Source: Candidatus Flemingiibacterium sp.
GTDB taxonomy: Bacteria > Bacillota > Clostridia > Oscillospirales > CAG-272
Direction: 5' to 3'
NCBI GenBank assembly: GCA_045578725.1
Contig: JAZNKS010000028.1
Coordinates: forward strand, 12,955 to 76,954
Length of the DNA stretch: 64,000 bases
The translations under genes and the position numbers were made by a program. Each line of letters starts with the position of its first letter. Positions within the stretch are counted from its first letter, which is position 1. Shown one piece after another: positions 63,973 through 64,000 of the stretch. The notes below the pieces were generated by a model, which was given only the letters and a program-made list of their open reading frames with translations, did not search any database and was not told the DNA's origin.

Positions 63973-64000
63973 TCCGTCACCCCCGTCGGTATTATACCGC

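Overview
This is a 64-kb chromosomal window from a high-GC Firmicute; hand-counted 60-nt lines give about 60% GC. It is almost certainly class Clostridia, because a SCIFF peptide/maturase pair is present.

Housekeeping anchors:
- rplJ-rplL with its promoter and L10 leader
- ilvE
- tRNA-Met(CAU) and tRNA-Glu(UUC)
- a THF riboswitch in front of a FolT-like ECF S-component

Most of the remainder is accessory sugar-utilisation cargo: solute-binding lipoproteins, two SGNH hydrolases, an amidohydrolase, a PHP hydrolase, a PL22-like lyase, isomerases, a Gfo/Idh/MocA oxidoreductase and four AraC regulators.

The stand-out is a 19.9-kb, 16-gene, single-strand, translationally coupled operon (24407-44311, minus strand). 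It encodes an ECF-size sigma factor, an 840-aa tandem ABC-2 permease and an ABC ATPase. It also encodes 13 divergent paralogous lipoproteins of 364-444 aa. All 13 share a C-x-D-P-L-C-x-H-x(3-9)-C motif, with P1 and P4 as variants, and propeller-like Tyr-rich periodicity. I know of no characterised system with this architecture.

Secondary items:
- A membrane-anchored Ser/Thr kinase / 42-aa peptide / TPR-LRR / VWA operon. The kinase domain is interrupted by about 150 aa, including nearly perfect 33-bp tandem repeats.
- A 193-bp duplication carrying degenerate tRNA-Glu 3'-end copies next to a low-GC segment.
- A decayed solute-binding-protein gene with an in-frame TGA.

Many long ORFs in the track are antisense shadow ORFs of high-GC genes and were rejected.
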